Shown piece after piece: positions 60,216-64,000 of a DNA stretch of 64,000 nucleotides (its first letter is position 1; every line of letters begins with the position of its first letter). The notes beneath the pieces were generated by a model, which saw only the letters and a list, made by a program, of their open reading frames with translations, did not search any database and had not been told where the DNA came from. This stretch comes from Candidatus Hydrogenedentota bacterium (lineage in GTDB: Bacteria; Hydrogenedentota; Hydrogenedentia; Hydrogenedentales; SLHB01). The position numbers were made by a program, and so were the translations under genes. The stretch covers positions 32,001-96,000 of the forward strand of contig BTWA01000020.1 in NCBI GenBank assembly GCA_045863295.1. Reading direction: 5' to 3'.

Positions 60216-60656
60216 TCAGGAAGTGAGTTCTTCGGCGAGCCCGATGAGAATGCCCTCCAGGCCCCGGATGTAGCAAAGCCGGTAGGCGGTTTTATACTGG
60301 ACCACTTGGTCGACAACTTCGGCGCCGAGTTTGCGGAGCCGGGCAACCGTATCATCGATGTCTTCCACAGCGAACATGACGCGCAGGTACCCCAAGGCGT
60401 TCACCGGCGCGTTGCGATGATCGGCGGCCACCGCAGGCGCGAGAAATCGGGAAAGCTCGACTCGGCCATGTCCATCCGGCGTGCGCATCATGGCAATCTC
60501 GACGCGCATGCCGCGCAATCCAGTGACGCCTTCCGCCCATTCTCCTTCGATGGGGGCGCGCCCCTCGAGCGTCAGGCCAAGTTCGGTGAAGAACGCAATG
60601 GCGGCATCGAGGTCCTCTACCACAATGCCGACGTTGTCCATGCGCTTGACTGACAT
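60216..60656 (-). CDS. VOC/glyoxalase family protein
   Basis: MDNVGIVVEDLDAAIAFF, VELSRF, FAVEDID, YIRG.EG. Confidence 0.88.
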   Translation of the reverse strand: MSVKRMDNVGIVVEDLDAAIAFFTELGLTLEGRAPIEGEWAEGVTGLRGMRVEIAMMRTPDGHGRVELSRFLAPAVAADHRNAPVNALGYLRVMFAVEDIDDTVARLRKLGAEVVDQVVQYKTAYRLCYIRGLEGILIGLAEELTS

Positions 60657-60712
60657 GATGCCTCCTTGGCGTATAACGCCCTGGCGATGGTGCAACCCAT
60701 TTTCAGAGGTTA

Positions 60713-61360
60713 CTATTTCGTGCGGCGAAGCACCACATGGGTGGCCTTCTCGGTCGCCGCGAACTCAACGCATTCGTATCCCAGCGTGCGAAGGTCAACC
60801 CCTTCGAACAACCGTTCGCCCCGGCTCAACAAGACAGGCGAGATCGCAATGTGCAATTCATCAATGAGCGATTCCCGAAGGTACTGCTGAATAACGTTCG
60901 GGCCGCCGCCAATACGGATGTCCTTCCCGTGGGCGGCCTCGCGCGCCCGGTCCAACGCCTCGTGAATGCCCCCGGTGACGAAATGAAACGTCGTATCGCC
61001 TTCCATCGGAATCGACGGCCGCGCATGATGGGTCAAAACAAAAACAGGCACATGATAAGGCGGATTAGCGCCCCACCACCCCTTCCAACTCAGATCGGGC
61101 CAGGGTCCGCGAATCGGCCCAAACATGTTCCGCCCAAGAATCCACGCACCGATGTTCTCGAATCCACGGGCGGCAAATTCGTCATCTACCCCGGTCGTGC
61201 CCTCACCCGCGCCATGCGCGCTCTGAAACGTCTTCGTCGGAATGAACCACCGGTGCAACTCTTCCCCGCCAACTCCAAGGCCGTGATCAACGTCCTGCCC
61301 CGGCCCGGCCCCATATCCATCCAGCGATATCGTGAAACTCTCAACGCGCACCTTGCTCAT
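60713..61360 (-). CDS. Dihydrofolate reductase/RibD C-terminal family protein
   Basis: ISLDGYGAGP, ILGRNMF, PPYHVPVFVLTH, GG...IQQYL...IDE. Confidence 0.88.
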   Translation of the reverse strand: MSKVRVESFTISLDGYGAGPGQDVDHGLGVGGEELHRWFIPTKTFQSAHGAGEGTTGVDDEFAARGFENIGAWILGRNMFGPIRGPWPDLSWKGWWGANPPYHVPVFVLTHHARPSIPMEGDTTFHFVTGGIHEALDRAREAAHGKDIRIGGGPNVIQQYLRESLIDELHIAISPVLLSRGERLFEGVDLRTLGYECVEFAATEKATHVVLRRTK

Positions 61361-61480
61361 CACCCGGCCTCCATGAACCCATAAGAATGCGTCATCGCAC
61401 ACACCGGCGACAACCAATAGACGAACACCACGCCCCAAAATCGACACAACCCCTAAAGAACCCCCACATTCCCAACTCCC

Positions 61481-61590
61481 AATTCCCTCTCCGCGCCTCC
61501 GCGCCTCTGCGCGAGCCCCTCTTCCCCCTCTTCAAAGCTGTGTTCATCTGTGAAATCTGTGGACAAGCCTTTCGCCTTCCTACGTTCTCA
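61481..61590 (+). repeat. Short periodic pyrimidine-rich repeat block
   Basis: CTCCGCGC 8-mer iterations plus TGTGTTCATCTGTGAAATCTGTGGACAA; nearly identical to 63249-63360 and partly to 61944-62010. Confidence 0.75.
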
Positions 61591-61628
61591 ACTTCCCACA
61601 TTCAAAACCTACAGCCTGCAGCGCAATA

Positions 61629-61790
61629 TGGACTGCGGTGGCAACGGCGAAAGCCATCGACACCGCTTTCACTCTCGAAGCCCAGACCCACCCCCCAACC
61701 AAACGCACCAACAAACCTCACCACCCCATTTTCCAAAGAGCCAAAGCGCAGTTACGGCCCGCCCCGGCGGACTCTGCCGGCGCAGTCCAA
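61629..61790. repeat. REP-like palindromic element
   Basis: Ends TGGACTGCG.../...CGCAGTCCA are inverted; inner CGCTTT/AAAGCG are also inverted. Confidence 0.45.
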
Positions 61791-61943
61791 ATAAGCATCC
61801 GGCCAAGACAACCCTACACACTCAACAACCAGACCACATCCGCGCAACGCCTAGCCAAAATCCAAATCTGCGCACATCGGCGAAATCTGCGGCTAAAGAA
61901 TTCCGAACCCGCCCCTATTCCCAATTCTTCATTCCCAATTCCT

Positions 61944-62221
61944 TCTTCCCCCTCTTCAAATCTGTGTTCATCTGTGAAATCTGTGGACAAGTTGTTCGCC
62001 TTCCCACGTTCCCACGCTCCCGCACACCTCCTCGCATGATCACAAGTGCAACACACCTTTTCTGCATACCCAATCCCACACATCCTGCAATTCCATAATT
62101 TACCCTTGTTTTGTTTTTTCCCCAATGCAACAGCCGGGACAGATAAGTAAAGAGGAACACAGCCATGAAGCGTAAAGACCCGGTAATCGAACCCAACACA
62201 ACCCTCGAAATTCTCGCCATC
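61944..62221 (+). repeat. 278-bp direct repeat, copy A (upstream region plus first ~19 codons of the HGGxSTG gene)
   Basis: Aligns to 63288-63565 at a 1344-bp offset with scattered substitutions. Confidence 0.9.
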
Positions 62222-63175
62222 GTGCCCGGTGTCACCGAGCCCATGCGCAAACATATTCAACGGACACGCGAAACACTCGAACCCGCCGATCCCGACGCCA
62301 ACCGCCGCCTCACCCAACTCGGTACCCCCTGCTCCCCCGCGTGGGACGACGCGTGGATGGCCCAAGTCGACGCCCGCGAACAGACGATCGCCCGCCGCAT
62401 CTGCGGCGCGCGCACCCCGTCTGGCCTACCCTGCGAATTCGAACCCAACCACGAAAACGGGCGCTGCCGGTTTCACGGCGGCTTCAAATTCACCGGCGCG
62501 CCAAAGGCCAACCGGAATGCGGTCGTCCATGGACTCCACACACGCCGTCTCATGACCTGCGGACCCCACTGCCCCGTCTGGCAATCCTGCCCGTGCGCGG
62601 GAAAGGACGTCGAAGACATGCCCCCGAAGAACCGACCCCTCTGTCCCTTCGAGCTGGCCGAGTACAATGCGTTCGTAACGGACGGCATGGCCCTCGTCGA
62701 ACGACGCGGAGGCGCAAATCCGTTCGACAGGCACACCGTGCACACCCTCGCCATGCTCCAGGTCATAATGTCCCGCGCGACCGCGATGCTCGGACTATCC
62801 GGCCTCACCCCCGCTTCCGAATCCGGCGATAAGCCCGGCGCCGCCGTGCAAACCCTCTTGAAACTCATGGCCGAATACCGCCGAGTCCGCGATCTGCTTC
62901 CGCCCGATGGATACAAGCCCACCTCCCACAGCGCCGTGAACCATGTCCTGAGAATGGAAGTCGATACCAACCTCACGCCCGAAGCACAAGAAGCCCTAAG
63001 CCTGCCTCACGACCCCGAAACCCCGCTGGTTGAAGCAAAGCTTGTCACAACCCCCGGACACTCGTTCATCCCAGGCTGGCAAAGCGTCATCGCCCTGCAT
63101 GTACCCCCTAAAACCCCCCGCCGCAAAAAAGAAAACGTATTGATTCCGGATGACCCTCCGGAAGAAAACTCATAA
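62165..63175 (+). CDS. HGGxSTG-domain Cys/His-rich (putative Zn-binding) protein
   Basis: ICGARTPSGLPC...NGRCRFHGG..TGAPKANRNAVVHG plus a second Cys cluster CGPHCPVWQSCPC...CPFE; GAGGA RBS. Confidence 0.75.
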   Translation: MKRKDPVIEPNTTLEILAIVPGVTEPMRKHIQRTRETLEPADPDANRRLTQLGTPCSPAWDDAWMAQVDAREQTIARRICGARTPSGLPCEFEPNHENGRCRFHGGFKFTGAPKANRNAVVHGLHTRRLMTCGPHCPVWQSCPCAGKDVEDMPPKNRPLCPFELAEYNAFVTDGMALVERRGGANPFDRHTVHTLAMLQVIMSRATAMLGLSGLTPASESGDKPGAAVQTLLKLMAEYRRVRDLLPPDGYKPTSHSAVNHVLRMEVDTNLTPEAQEALSLPHDPETPLVEAKLVTTPGHSFIPGWQSVIALHVPPKTPRRKKENVLIPDDPPEENS

Positions 63176-63287
63176 CCAGGCAATAGCTAACCCATGCCTT
63201 GAGCCAAATGCGTTACCTACGTCCTGTTTGCACCCATTCTTCATTCTCAATTCCCTCTCTGCGCCTCCGCGCCTCTGCGCGAGACCC

Positions 63288-63565
63288 TCTTCCCCTTCTT
63301 CAAATCTGTGTTCATCGGTGAAATCTGTGGACAAGTCTTTCGCCTGCCCACGTTCCCACGTTCCCACACACCTCCTCGCAAGATTACAAGTGCAACACAC
63401 CTTTTCTGCATATCCAATCCCACACGTCCTGCAATTCCATAATTTACCCTTGTTTTGTTTTTTTCCCAATGCAACAGCCGGGACAGATAAGTAAAAAGGA
63501 ACACAGCCATGAAGCGTAAAGCCCCGGAAATCGAGCCCAACACAACCCTCGAAATTCCCGCCATC
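63288..63565 (+). repeat. 278-bp direct repeat, copy B (ends in a truncated copy of the gene start)
   Basis: ATGAAGCGTAAAGCCCCGGAAATCGAGCCCAACACAACCCTCGAAATTC matches 62165 onward; homology stops at about 63565. Confidence 0.9.
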
Positions 63566-63636
63566 CCGCCGATCCCGACGCCAGCACACGCCACAAGAAG
63601 CAGGCGCAACATGCCCAACATCATAAGTTCATTATG

Positions 63637-63668
63637 TGTTGACAACAACTATTGTTTCATGATATACT
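63637..63668 (+). promoter_or_regulatory. Sigma70 promoter with overlapping palindromes (putative MarR operator)
   Basis: TTGACA (63639)-N18-TATACT with extended TGn; palindromes TGTTGACAACA and AACAACTATTGTT. Confidence 0.65.
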
Positions 63669-63693
63669 CATCCCATCAAGCAAAGGACCAACC

Positions 63694-64000
63694 ATGACTC
63701 CGTCCCGGCTTCAAAATGAGATACGCCAATCCAAACCGATGCCGTTGGAGGTGGAAGTACACCTCAATCTCAAACGAACGGAAGCCCTGTTGTCATGGGC
63801 GTCGGAAGCCCTCTTCCGAGAACACGGCCTCACCGATGTAACCTACAACATACTGCGCATCCTGCGCGGAGCCGGTGCGGACGGACTCCCCTGTGGGGAA
63901 ATCGGCAAACGTATGCTCACGCGCGTGCCGGACGTCACCCGCCTGGTGGACAGGCTGGTCAAAATGGACTTGGTCGAACGCTATCGAACGGACGAGGACC
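63694..64000 (+). CDS. MarR family transcriptional regulator, 3'-partial
   Basis: Manual translation: MTPSRLQNEIRQSKP...FREHGLTDVTYNILRILRGAGADGLPCGEIGKRMLTRVPDVTRLVDRLVKMDLVERYRTDED. Confidence 0.88.
   Translation, partial: MTPSRLQNEIRQSKPMPLEVEVHLNLKRTEALLSWASEALFREHGLTDVTYNILRILRGAGADGLPCGEIGKRMLTRVPDVTRLVDRLVKMDLVERYRTDED

Noticed and set aside
63509..63697. 62-aa ORF as a functional gene
   Set aside because: Only the first ~19 codons match the HGGxSTG gene; the remainder reads through the marR promoter.

Overview
GC-rich bacterial chromosomal window. The gene content (Planctomycete-type cytochrome c, Tat sulfatase, flgM, many TPR proteins) would fit a Hydrogenedentes/PVC-like organism, but taxonomy is inference only. 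Positions ~1-23.2 kb are a surface-polysaccharide cluster: O-antigen ligase/polymerase-like genes, GT2/GT4 enzymes, three polyprenyl sugar-phosphate transferases, gmhA/hddA/gmhB heptose genes and TPR/CBM membrane proteins. The rest is mixed metabolic and housekeeping genes, including tRNA-Leu(CAG), flgM with a sigma28 promoter, pyrC, lut-like genes, a sulfatase, a sialidase-like protein and a partial MarR gene. Highlights: (1) a Ro60/TROVE gene followed by two tandem Y-RNA-like genes, one a circularly permuted tRNA mimic (YrlA type) and one a divergent paralogue without a D-arm; (2) a secreted c-type cytochrome/LRR protein with seven tandem 7-Cys/1-His repeats; (3) a ~200-bp MITE-like family with 4-bp YTAR target duplications that coincide with the stop codons of convergent gene pairs, one copy carrying an internal inversion; (4) an HGGxSTG-domain gene bracketed by 278-bp direct repeats; (5) two probable pseudoenzymes. 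All calls come from reading the sequence by eye; no searches were run.
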